A program made the translations under genes and the position numbers. A model generated the notes under the pieces. It searched no databases, was not told the DNA's origin, and saw only the letters and a list, made by a program, of their open reading frames with translations. A stretch of DNA of 64,000 nucleotides from Alphaproteobacteria bacterium (GTDB taxonomy: Bacteria; Pseudomonadota; Alphaproteobacteria; Bin95), in assembly GCA_964291285.2 (NCBI GenBank), contig OZ219787.1, forward strand, positions 1,632,001 to 1,696,000. Reading direction: 5' to 3'. Shown piece after piece: positions 48,165 through 57,304 of the stretch (position 1 is the first letter of the stretch; each line of letters starts with the position of its first letter).

Positions 48165-49358
48165 TCAGACGACCTTCGCGGCCCTGAGCGCGGCGATCTT
48201 CTCCGGGCCGTAGCCGAGGCCGGCCAGCAGCTCGTCCGTATCCGCGCCCATGGCGGGCGCCGGCCGGGCGGGCGGCGCCGCGCCGGTCCGGATCGGCGGG
48301 CCGACGGAGCCGACGCGGCGGCCGCTCGGATGGTCCACCCAGAGATGGCGGCCGGTTTCGGTCGGGAAGGGCGCGTCCATGGCGCCGGCGATGTCATGCA
48401 CGGGCGCGACCGGCACCCGGCCCTGCAGTTCTTCCAGCCATTCCGCCGTCGTCTTCGCGGAGAGCGCGTCGTCGAGCACCTCCGTCACCAGCTCCCTGTT
48501 GGCAAGGCGGGCGGCGAAATCGTGGAAGCGCGGATCGTCCCTCCATTCCGGACGGCCGAGCGCATCCACCAGCTCGCCCCAGAACTTCTCCTTGTTGCAC
48601 ATGACGAACAGCCAGCCGTCGCGCGTCCGGTAGAGCTGCGAGGGCGTGAGGTTCGGGTGCGAGGAGCGCGGCTCGCGGCCCTGAACGATGCCTGCGGTCA
48701 GATACCAGCAGGCGAGGTAGCCGAGATTCGACATGGCCGTGTCGTAGAGCGAAACGTCGAGGTCCATGCCCCTGCCGCCGGCCCGGGCCGCCAGAATGCC
48801 CGAGGTCATGGCGAGCGCCGCCTGCACGCCGGTCGCGAGATCGACCATCGAGAGCCCCATGCGGGCGGGCGGCGTGTCGGGCTCGCCGGTGACGGAGAGA
48901 TAGCCGGCCTCCGCCTGCATCAGATAGTCGTAGCCGGGCCAGGCGGCGCGCGGACCCTCGCTGCCATAGGCGGAGAGATGCACGCAGACGATGGCGGGGT
49001 TGACGGCCTTCAGCGCGTCCCAGGTAAGGCCCAGCTGCGCCGGCCGGTCGCCGCGCAGATTGTCGAGCAGCCCGTCGGCGGAGCGCACCAGGTCGTGCAG
49101 CACCTCCCGGCCGGCCTCCTGCTTGAGGTCGAGCGCCATCGAGCGCTTGTTGCGGTTGAACGCCTGGAAGAACAGGCTGTCCCCCTCGGGCAGCGGATCC
49201 TTCGGGTGGCGGACGAACCGGCCGACATCGCCGCCCTCGGCAATGTTCTCGACCTTGACGACCTCGGCGCCCAGGTCCGCAAGCTGCATCGTGCCGAACG
49301 GCCCGGCCCCGTACTGCTCCACCGCAACGATGCGGACCCCCTCCAACGGCAACATCAT
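48165..49358 (-). CDS. CaiB/BaiF family CoA transferase
   Basis: PLEGVRIV, AGPF..MQLADLGAEVVKVE, NRNKRS, PGYD. Confidence 0.92.
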   Translation of the reverse strand: MMLPLEGVRIVAVEQYGAGPFGTMQLADLGAEVVKVENIAEGGDVGRFVRHPKDPLPEGDSLFFQAFNRNKRSMALDLKQEAGREVLHDLVRSADGLLDNLRGDRPAQLGLTWDALKAVNPAIVCVHLSAYGSEGPRAAWPGYDYLMQAEAGYLSVTGEPDTPPARMGLSMVDLATGVQAALAMTSGILAARAGGRGMDLDVSLYDTAMSNLGYLACWYLTAGIVQGREPRSSHPNLTPSQLYRTRDGWLFVMCNKEKFWGELVDALGRPEWRDDPRFHDFAARLANRELVTEVLDDALSAKTTAEWLEELQGRVPVAPVHDIAGAMDAPFPTETGRHLWVDHPSGRRVGSVGPPIRTGAAPPARPAPAMGADTDELLAGLGYGPEKIAALRAAKVV

Positions 49359-49484
49359 GCTTCTCCCCGGACATGGGCACCGCGATGAGGTAGCGCCTCC
49401 GTCCGGCCCGGTCCAGCGCGACCGAATTGCAGCGTCGGGCGAAATGGTGAAACTGCGCCGGCCCCTTTTCGGAGACATCTGGAC

Positions 49485-50423
49485 ATGACCGCACCCAAAC
49501 TCGGCTATCTGCTGCCCACCCGCGAGCGCATCATGAGCGGCCTGAACGAGACCGGGCCGATGCTGGCGCTGGCCGAGCGGGCCGAGGCGCTCGGCTACGA
49601 CTCGATCTGGATCGGCGACAGCCTGCTCGCGCGACCGCGCCACGACCCGCTGACCCTGATGGCGGCGGTTGCCGCGCGCACCCGGCGCGTGGCGGTCGGC
49701 ACGGCCGTGCTGCTGCCGGCGCTGCGCAACCCGGTCGTGCTGGCGCACCAGGTCGCCACCATCGACCGCATCGCCGAGGGGCGGCTGATCCTGGGCTACG
49801 GCATTGCCGGCGACGTGCCGAATATCCGCGCCGAGTTCGCAGCCGCCGGCGTGCCGTTCGAGAAGCGCGTCGGCCGGATGCTGGAGGGGCTCCGCCTCTG
49901 CCGCGCGCTCTGGTCCGGCGAGCCGGTGGACTGGGAGGGGCGCTGGCCGGTGAAGGACGGCGTGCTCGGGCCGGTGCCGCACAATCCGGGCGGCCCGCCC
50001 ATATGGCTCGGTACGGGCCACCCGGCGGGCCTCGAACGGACCGCCCGGCATTTCGACGGCTGGTTCCCGACCGGCCCCGACGCCGAGGGCTGGGGAGAGA
50101 GGTGGCGCACGGTGCAGGCCGCCGCCGCTGCCGCCGGACGCCTGGCCGGCGCGGTGACGGGCGCGGTCTATCTGACGATTGCGCTCGACGAGGACGCGGA
50201 CGCCGGCAATGCGCGCATCGACGCCTATCTGGAGAGCTATTACGGCGCACCCGCTGCCGTCATCCGCCGCCGCCAGACCGCCTTCGCCGGCCCGCCGGAA
50301 GCCGCGGCGGACTGGATCGGCGGCTATGCCGAGCGCGGCGCCAGCCATATCGCGCTGCGCTTCGTCGGCGACCACGAACGCATGCTGGAGGCCGTCGCCG
50401 CCGTGAGGGACAGGATCGGCTGA
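49485..50423 (+). CDS. Luciferase-like (LLM) flavin-dependent oxidoreductase
   Basis: AEALGYDSIWIGDS, VGTAVLL..RNPVVLA, GRLILG, PPIWLG. Confidence 0.9.
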   Translation: MTAPKLGYLLPTRERIMSGLNETGPMLALAERAEALGYDSIWIGDSLLARPRHDPLTLMAAVAARTRRVAVGTAVLLPALRNPVVLAHQVATIDRIAEGRLILGYGIAGDVPNIRAEFAAAGVPFEKRVGRMLEGLRLCRALWSGEPVDWEGRWPVKDGVLGPVPHNPGGPPIWLGTGHPAGLERTARHFDGWFPTGPDAEGWGERWRTVQAAAAAAGRLAGAVTGAVYLTIALDEDADAGNARIDAYLESYYGAPAAVIRRRQTAFAGPPEAAADWIGGYAERGASHIALRFVGDHERMLEAVAAVRDRIG

Positions 50424-50597
50424 CGGGACCCGCCGCAAGGCGTCATGGAATGTCATGTTTTGTCATGCGGGCCCGGCAGGACCCCCTGCCATGTGTCATG
50501 AGATGTCATGATCTGCATGCCGATGGCGCATGGTCCGTAGTCGTTTCCGGCATGAAGCCGTCCACTCTTCGATCTCCTTCTGCGTCTTGCGTTCACC

Positions 50598-50700
50598 GTC
50601 GCCCCGGTCCCGGAGCCGGGGCCCATCCCTGACCGTTGCGGCCCGGTGGAGAGGGCGGAGGATGGACCCCGGCTCTCCGCTCCGCTCCGTCCAGGGCGAC
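50598..50700. repeat. REP/RIME-like palindromic unit nested in element copy 3
   Basis: GTCGCCC..GAGCCGGGGCCCATCC-spacer-GGATGGACCCCGGCTC..GGGCGAC inverted arms. Confidence 0.65.
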
Positions 50701-51043
50701 TGTGAGGGCTTGCGGATAAGGTCATTTCGGCCTGCACGGAGCCGGTCCTACCATCCGCCGGCACGAGCCTTTCGGCCAGCATTGCGGTCAGTTCGGGGTC
50801 GGTTGCGGTCATCGTTCCTCCTTGCTCCGACGGGGAGGGGGTCCCTTTTCCGCGCGTATCCTGCGCGGGCGCCCACGCCTGCCCGGGCGCGTGTCGGCGC
50901 CGGCGCGGTTCGCGCGCCTGATTGCGCGCGCGAGACGCAGGACGCACGTCTCCTGTCGGCTTCTCACGGGTTTTCAGAAAGTGGCGCCGCCCGGCCGCGC
51001 AACGCCCAGGAAAGCGGCTCCGGAGTCCGCTTCCCTGGGGACC

Positions 51044-51070
51044 ATCATACCACAATCCGCCAGATGTCAA
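51044..51070 (-). promoter_or_regulatory. Putative sigma70 promoter of element copy 3
   Basis: TTGACA-N15-TATGAT with extended -10 (TG-G-TATGAT). Confidence 0.6.
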
Positions 51071-51187
51071 GCCAAAATCATGAACAAAAAGCAAAAATAC
51101 TGGAAATTGTTCATGCTTCATGAATTGCGACACCCGGCAAATCCGCGTGTATAACGAAACCGATGGGCGCATGGAGGGGGACGCGGC

Positions 51188-52168
51188 ATGCCGGTCAAGG
51201 TGGTGATGCAGAACGAGTTGCCGATGGGGGCGACGGAGCGGATCCGCGAGATGGCCGAAGTGGTCGTCGATCCGGAACTGGAGCAGGTTTCCGGGGCGGA
51301 TATCGTGGTTGCGGGCCGCGGGCCGATCGACGCCGGGTTCATGTCGCGCGCCGGCAACCGCCTGAAGATGGTCGCCACGCCCGGCATCGGCGTGGACAAG
51401 ATCGACGTGGAGGCGGCGAGCGAGCGCGGCATCATCGTCATCCACAACCCCGACGCGCCCTCGCAGTCCACGGCGGAGCACACGGTCGCGCTGCTCATGG
51501 CGGTGGCGGCCCGCGTGATGACCGGGGACCGCTTCCTCAGGGAAGGCCGGCCCCTGGACCGCGAGCAGATGCGGGGTACGGAACTCAGGGGGCGCAATCT
51601 GGGCGTCGTCGGCTACGGGCGCATCGGCCGGCGGGTCGCGGCGGCCTGCGCGCTCGGGCTCGGCATGAATGTCCGCGTCTGCGACCCCCTCGTGGACCTT
51701 CGCCAGCAGACGCCGGAGGGCGTGACCCTGACAGACGATTTCGAATCCGTCTTCACGGACGCGAAGTTCGTCACCCTGCATGTGCCGCTGACGCCGGGCA
51801 CCCGCCATCTGGTCGGCGCGCGGGAGCTCGGCCTCATTCCCGAAGGCGGCTACCTGGTGAACGCCTCGCGCGGGCCGGTGGTGGATGAGCAGGCGCTGAT
51901 CCGGGCCTTGCAGGAGGGGCATCTGGCGGGAGCGGCGCTGGACGTGACCGACCCCGAACCGCCGCTGCCGGACAACCCGCTGCTGGCGATGGACAATGTG
52001 ATCGTCACCCCGCATATCGCATCCAATACCGACCTCGGCGTCCACGCCATGATGCACGGCGTTGCCGACCAGATCGCACAGGTGATCGCCGGAGAGCCGC
52101 CGCGCAGCATGGTCGATCCGAAGGTCTGGCCCGGCCGCTTCGCCGGGTGGTCCGCCGCGGATTCCTGA
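51188..52168 (+). CDS. D-isomer-specific 2-hydroxyacid dehydrogenase
   Basis: GIGVDKID, GVVGYGRIG, LHVPL, VNASRG, ALDV..EP, TPHIA. Confidence 0.92.
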   Translation: MPVKVVMQNELPMGATERIREMAEVVVDPELEQVSGADIVVAGRGPIDAGFMSRAGNRLKMVATPGIGVDKIDVEAASERGIIVIHNPDAPSQSTAEHTVALLMAVAARVMTGDRFLREGRPLDREQMRGTELRGRNLGVVGYGRIGRRVAAACALGLGMNVRVCDPLVDLRQQTPEGVTLTDDFESVFTDAKFVTLHVPLTPGTRHLVGARELGLIPEGGYLVNASRGPVVDEQALIRALQEGHLAGAALDVTDPEPPLPDNPLLAMDNVIVTPHIASNTDLGVHAMMHGVADQIAQVIAGEPPRSMVDPKVWPGRFAGWSAADS

Positions 52169-52184
52169 TCTGCCGTCCGGCGCG

Positions 52185-54275
52185 ATGAACGAGGGACAGA
52201 CGGCGTACAGGCTGGGCTGCGATGTAGGCGGCACCTTCACGGATTTCGTGCTCTATGACGAGCGTTCGGGCGCCATCCATGCGGAGAAATGCCTGACGAC
52301 CCCCGCCGATCCGTCGGTGGGCGTTCTGGAGGGCCTGCGGGCTTTCGGCGCCATCGACCCGGAGCATGTCGCCCGCACCCGCCGCATCGCCCATGCCACG
52401 ACGCTGGTCGCAAACGCGGTCATCGAGCGCAAGGGCGCCCGCACGGCGCTTCTCGCGACCCGGGGCTTCCGCGATGTGCTGGAGCTTCGCCGCCATGTCC
52501 GGGTGACGACCTACGAACTCTGGGCCGATCCCCCGGCGCCGCTGGTGCCGCGGCATCTGCGAATTCCCATCGGCGAGCGCACCTACAGCGACGGCACGGT
52601 CCTTCGCCCGGTCCCCCCGGAGGAGATCGAGGCGGCCGTTGCGCTGATGCGGGCGGAGGGCGTGGGCTCGGTCGCGGTCGCCTTCCTGCACTCCTACGTC
52701 AATCCCGAAAACGAGCGGGAAGCAGCGCGGCTCCTGCGCGAGCTTGCGCCGGAAATCGCGGTCACCGCCTCCGCCGACGTGCTGCCGCAGATCAAGGAGT
52801 ACGAACGCACCAGCACCACGGTGGTCAACGCCTATGTGAAGCCGCTCGTCCAGCGCTATCTCGGCAACCTCGACGGCGGGCTCGCGGGCGCCGGTTACGC
52901 CGCGCCGCTGCGCGTGATGCTCTCCAATGGCGGCCTCGGCTCGACCGAGACGGCGGGAGACTTCCCGCTCCGGCTCATCGAGTCGGGGCCGGTAGCGGGC
53001 GCCATTGTCGGGCGCCGGATCGCCGAACTGCTCGAACTGCCCGAAGTGCTCTCCTTCGACATGGGCGGAACGACGGCCAAGGCGTGCCTCATTCGCGAGC
53101 GCGCGCTGCCGATCACCGATGAGCTGGAAGTGGCGCGGTCCCGGCGGTTCACGCGCTCCAGCGGGTTTCCGGTAGCGGTGCCGGCGGTCAACATGATCGA
53201 GATCGGCGCGGGCGGCGGCAGCATCGCCGGCATCAACGAGATGGGGCTCGTGCAGGTCGGGCCGGAAAGCGCCGGCGCCGACCCGGGGCCGATCTGCTAT
53301 GCGCGCGGCGGGACAAGACCGACCGTGACCGACGCCGACCTGCTGCTGGGCTACCTCAATCCCGGCAATTTCGCCGGCGGCTCGATGCGCCTCGACGAGG
53401 AGGCGGCGCGGGCCGGCATCGAGGAGCAGCTGGCGCGCCCGCGCGGACAGTCGGCGCTCGAAGCGGCCTGGACCGTGCATGACGTGGTCAACGAGACCAT
53501 GGCGGCGGCGGTGCGCATGCACATAACGGAGCGCGGCGGCAATCCCCGGCAGGCGACCCTGGTCGCGTTCGGGGGCGCGGGGCCGCTGCATGCCTGCCAC
53601 CTCGCGGCGAAGCTCCGGATCGGACGGGTCATGGTTCCGCTCCGGGCGGGCGTGCTGTCTGCGCTCGGCCTGCTGGTCGCGCCGCCGGCCTACGACATCG
53701 TGCGCACCCACAAGGCGCCGCTCCGGGAGCTCGACGAGGCGGCGACCGGAGCGCTGCTGGAGGAGATGGCGGACCAGGTCGCAGCGCTGCTGGCAAGGCT
53801 CGGCCCGGACGGAGAGCTGCACTTCCGGCGCGGGATCGATGTCGGCTATATCGGCCAGAGCTACCAGGTGACGGTGCCGCTGCTCGACGGGGCGGTGGAC
53901 CGCGAGGCGATCTGGCGGTCCTTCGCCGCCCTCTACCGCGAGAAATACGGCTATTTCTACGACGACGTGCCGGCGGAGATCGTGAACCTCCGCGTGCTGG
54001 GCGAGCTCGTGGGCGGGGAGCTCGGATTCGAGCCGCTCGCCCCGGGCGAGGGGGCGGCCCCGGCCGGCACGAGGCCGGCCTGGTCGGCGCGCGAGCGCCG
54101 CATGCGCCCGTTCAGCGTCTTCGACCGGGACCGGCTGGGTCCGGGCGCGGCCTTCGCAGGGCCGGCCATCGTCGAGGAAGCGTCCGCGACCACGATCATC
54201 GACGATGGCGCGGCGGCGGAGGTCGATGAATACGGCTCGCTGGTCATCGCCGTCGATCCGGAGGAAGCGCCATGA
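52185..54275 (+). CDS. Hydantoinase/oxoprolinase A subunit (HyuA-like)
   Basis: [43 protein letters not shown]. Confidence 0.92.
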   Translation: MNEGQTAYRLGCDVGGTFTDFVLYDERSGAIHAEKCLTTPADPSVGVLEGLRAFGAIDPEHVARTRRIAHATTLVANAVIERKGARTALLATRGFRDVLELRRHVRVTTYELWADPPAPLVPRHLRIPIGERTYSDGTVLRPVPPEEIEAAVALMRAEGVGSVAVAFLHSYVNPENEREAARLLRELAPEIAVTASADVLPQIKEYERTSTTVVNAYVKPLVQRYLGNLDGGLAGAGYAAPLRVMLSNGGLGSTETAGDFPLRLIESGPVAGAIVGRRIAELLELPEVLSFDMGGTTAKACLIRERALPITDELEVARSRRFTRSSGFPVAVPAVNMIEIGAGGGSIAGINEMGLVQVGPESAGADPGPICYARGGTRPTVTDADLLLGYLNPGNFAGGSMRLDEEAARAGIEEQLARPRGQSALEAAWTVHDVVNETMAAAVRMHITERGGNPRQATLVAFGGAGPLHACHLAAKLRIGRVMVPLRAGVLSALGLLVAPPAYDIVRTHKAPLRELDEAATGALLEEMADQVAALLARLGPDGELHFRRGIDVGYIGQSYQVTVPLLDGAVDREAIWRSFAALYREKYGYFYDDVPAEIVNLRVLGELVGGELGFEPLAPGEGAAPAGTRPAWSARERRMRPFSVFDRDRLGPGAAFAGPAIVEEASATTIIDDGAAAEVDEYGSLVIAVDPEEAP

Positions 54276-55936
54276 GCCCCAACGAGCCGCCTGAAGCGCT
54301 CGACATCGTCTGGCCGCGCCTGATCGCCATCGCCGACGAGATGGCGACGACCATGTTCCGCACGGCGTTCTCCCACGATGTCGTCGAAGTGCATGACATG
54401 TCCACCGGGCTCTATGACGACCGGGGCTGCCTCATCGGCCAGACCTGGCTCGGCGCGACCGGGCATACCGGCGTGATGCCGGTTTACGGGCGGAACCTGC
54501 TGGAATATTTCCCGCCCGAGACGGTCCGGCCGGGCGACGTGTTCATCTGCAACGATCCCTGGATCTGCAACGGCCAGACGGCAGACGTCTTCATCACCAC
54601 GCCCGCCTTCCACGGCGGGCGGCTGATCGGCTTCTCCATCAACAGCGTCCACCATGTCGATATCGGCGGGCGCAAGGGTTCGGGCCTCAGCGAGGAGGTC
54701 TATGAAGAGGGGCTCATCATTCCGCCTCTCAGGCTCTATGACGACGGCGAGCCGAACGAGCAGCTCTTCCAGCTCCTCAGGCGCAATGTGCGCTTCGCGG
54801 AGAAGATGATCGGCGATTTGCGCGCCCAGGTGGCAGCGGGCTGGGCGGGCAGCCGCGAGCTGGAGCGGCTGGCGGCGGAGTTCGGCCTCGACTCGCTGCG
54901 CGGACATGCCGACGAGATCATGCGCCGTACGGAGGCCGGCATGCGGGCCGGGATCGCGGCGCTTCCCGACGGCGAATACCGCGAAGAGATGGAAATGGAG
55001 ATCGAGGGCATCGCGGAGCCGCAAACGCTCGCGGTGACGGTGCGGATCGAGGGAAGCGACATTTACGCGGATTTCACCGGCACTTCGGCGCAGGTGCGCC
55101 GGCCGGTCAACTGCCCCATCAACTACACCCGCGCCTATGTGGCGCTGCCGCTCAAGCTGGTGTGCGACCCGATCCTGCCGAACAACCAGGGGACCTATGA
55201 GCCGCTGCACCTGTCGGTGCCGGAAGGCACGCTGCTCAACCCGACCTTTCCTGCGGCCTGTTTCTGGCGGCTGTCGGCCGGGATGCTGGTCTCGGAGCTG
55301 ATGTTCCGGGTGCTGGCGCGGATCGCTCCGGACCGGGTGCCGGCGGATTCCGGCTCGATGCCGACATGGCAGTTCTATGTGAACGGCGTGCGTCCGGACG
55401 GCGAGGCGTTCGCGCTGCACCAGCATGCCTTCGGCGGCATGGGAGGCCGGCCGGGCGATGACGGGCTCCCCTCGGTGAGCTTTCCCTACAATGTGCGCGA
55501 CGTTTCCATCGAGTGGTCGGAGATGGAGACGCCCGTGCTCTACGAGGCGCGCGAGCTTATCCCGGACTCCGGCGGCGCGGGCGAGTTCCGGGGCGGTCTC
55601 GGCCAGGAGCTGGTGCTGAAGGCGTATCCCGGACGGGTGGGGGCGGGCGAGCCGCTGGTGCTGTCCGGATCGGCCGGGCGGATGCGCTTTCCGCCGCAGG
55701 GGCTGCTCGGCGGCAGGGACGGCTCTTTCGGCGCGATCGAGGTCAACGGCGAGGCGATTGCGCCGTCGAGCTCGCCGAACATCACCTTCCGCGAGGGCGA
55801 CACCGTGCGGCTCAGGCTGCCGGGCGGCGGCGGACACGGCGATCCCGCAAGCCGCCCGCGCGAGCGCGTCGAGGCGGACCTCCGGGCCGGCTATGTGACG
55901 CCCGAGGGCGCGCGGCGGGACTATGGCTACGAATAG
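54272..55936 (+). CDS. Hydantoinase B/oxoprolinase subunit (HyuB-like)
   Basis: RTAFS, PGDVFICNDPW, HHVDIGG, DSGGAGEFRGGLG, PGGGGHGDP; ATGA overlap. Confidence 0.92.
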   Translation: MSPNEPPEALDIVWPRLIAIADEMATTMFRTAFSHDVVEVHDMSTGLYDDRGCLIGQTWLGATGHTGVMPVYGRNLLEYFPPETVRPGDVFICNDPWICNGQTADVFITTPAFHGGRLIGFSINSVHHVDIGGRKGSGLSEEVYEEGLIIPPLRLYDDGEPNEQLFQLLRRNVRFAEKMIGDLRAQVAAGWAGSRELERLAAEFGLDSLRGHADEIMRRTEAGMRAGIAALPDGEYREEMEMEIEGIAEPQTLAVTVRIEGSDIYADFTGTSAQVRRPVNCPINYTRAYVALPLKLVCDPILPNNQGTYEPLHLSVPEGTLLNPTFPAACFWRLSAGMLVSELMFRVLARIAPDRVPADSGSMPTWQFYVNGVRPDGEAFALHQHAFGGMGGRPGDDGLPSVSFPYNVRDVSIEWSEMETPVLYEARELIPDSGGAGEFRGGLGQELVLKAYPGRVGAGEPLVLSGSAGRMRFPPQGLLGGRDGSFGAIEVNGEAIAPSSSPNITFREGDTVRLRLPGGGGHGDPASRPRERVEADLRAGYVTPEGARRDYGYE

Positions 55937-55957
55937 GCCCGGCAGGCGAACACTGCC

Positions 55958-57013
55958 TCAGCCGCCTTCGGTCAGCTCCCCGGCATAGGCGAAGAGGAGC
56001 GGCTGGCCGCCGGTGTGGACGAAGACGACCGTCTCGCCGGCCCCCACAAGGCCGCGTTTCGCATAGTCGATGAGCCCGGCCATGGCCTTGCTTGTATAGA
56101 CCGGGTCCAGAAGGATGCCCTCGGTCTCTGCGGCAAGCCTGAGCGCGGCATGCGCCTCCGGCGTGAGCAGGCCGTAGGTCTCGCCGGCAAAGGACTCATC
56201 CGCAGCGAAATCGGCCGAGTCGATTGCCAGGTTGAGGCCGAGCGTCCGCGCGGTCGCCGTGGCGATGCGCGCGATGTCGAGCGCCCGCTCCTCCTGCCAG
56301 CGGATCGGGCTGATCGACGTCACCCGGGCCCGGCGGCCGAGCGCGCTGAGGCCGGTGACGAGGCCGGCCGGCGTGTTGTTGGCGCCCGCCACGAAGACAT
56401 GGTCGGGGTCGATCCCGACCTCGTCGAGCTGGGCATCGAGTTCGACCGCCATGTCCACATAGCCGAGCGCGGCGCGCACCTGCTGGTCGAGGCCGAAAGG
56501 GGCGATCACATAAGGACGGCGCCCGGCGGCCTCCAGTTCCCGGGCCTTCGCGTCGAGATGAGGCTGGATACCTTCCATCGACTCGATGTCGATCACCGTC
56601 ACGTCCGCGCCCATCAGGCTGTCGAGCAGCAGATTGCCCTGAAGCGCCGGCCCCTTGACGCCCTGCATCAGCACGAGGGAGACCGCGAGGCCATGCCGGC
56701 GCGCGGCCGCGGTGATCTGCCGGCACCAGTTGGACTGGGTATAAGCGCCGGCCACCACGGTGTCGGCGCCGGATTCGAGGATGTCGGCGAAGGTGAACTC
56801 GAGGTGGCGGGTCTTGTTGCCGCCGAAGGCCAGGCCCGTCAGGTCGTCCCGCTTGACGTAGAGGGCGCGCACGCCAAGCGCCCCGGCAAGCCGGGGGCAG
56901 GGGTCGAGCGGCGTCGGCAGGTGCCCGAGCCGGACGCGCGGCAGCGCCGCAATGCGGGCGGCGAGGTCGTCCCTCGTCATCGCTGCCCCGGCATGCGCCG
57001 TCGCCACCGCCAT
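55958..57013 (-). CDS. D-cysteine desulfhydrase / ACC deaminase family PLP enzyme
   Basis: LPTPL, KRDDLTGLAFGGNKTR, QSNW, LLDPVYTSKAM, FVHTGG. Confidence 0.9.
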   Translation of the reverse strand: MAVATAHAGAAMTRDDLAARIAALPRVRLGHLPTPLDPCPRLAGALGVRALYVKRDDLTGLAFGGNKTRHLEFTFADILESGADTVVAGAYTQSNWCRQITAAARRHGLAVSLVLMQGVKGPALQGNLLLDSLMGADVTVIDIESMEGIQPHLDAKARELEAAGRRPYVIAPFGLDQQVRAALGYVDMAVELDAQLDEVGIDPDHVFVAGANNTPAGLVTGLSALGRRARVTSISPIRWQEERALDIARIATATARTLGLNLAIDSADFAADESFAGETYGLLTPEAHAALRLAAETEGILLDPVYTSKAMAGLIDYAKRGLVGAGETVVFVHTGGQPLLFAYAGELTEGG

Positions 57014-57136
57014 GTCGTCCTCCCCGCCGGCCTCGCATGTCATCCTATCGCTGGCGGGAAGCGCCCGGCAACCGCGCGTCGGGCAGGGCGGCAGCGAAGC
57101 GGCCGGCAGGGGCGGCATTCAGGCGTTTGAAAAGAT

Positions 57137-57213
57137 TGGTCGGAGTGGCAAGATTCGAACTTGCGGCCCCTGCCTCCCGAAGACAGTGCTCTACCAGGCT
57201 GAGCTACACTCCG
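57137..57213 (-). tRNA. tRNA-Pro (anticodon CGG)
   Basis: CGGAGTGTAGCTCAGCCTGGTAGAGCACTGTCTT-CGG-GAGGCAGGGGCCGCAAGTTCGAATCTTGCCACTCCGACCA, 77 nt cloverleaf with encoded CCA. Confidence 0.97.
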
Positions 57214-57304
57214 GCCGTGCGCCGGAGTGTATAGCGGCGGCGGGGGCCGAGTTCAACGGGATTCGGCGGCCGGAAGCGCCGGAAATGCGGCTGAGAGGGA
57301 CGAC

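Larger units (their letters stand above)
50441..51115 (-). repeat. Dispersed intergenic element, copy 3
   Basis: Core 50891-50934 near-identical to copy 1; (T/C)GTCATG boxes at 50441, 50451, 50461, 50494, 50504; AAGGAGG SD + ATG at 50812; ends approximate. Confidence 0.85.

Noticed and set aside
57137-57213. tRNA-Pro as attachment site of an integrated island
   Set aside because: No integrase and no duplicated tRNA 3' end seen in the window; flanking genes have host-like composition
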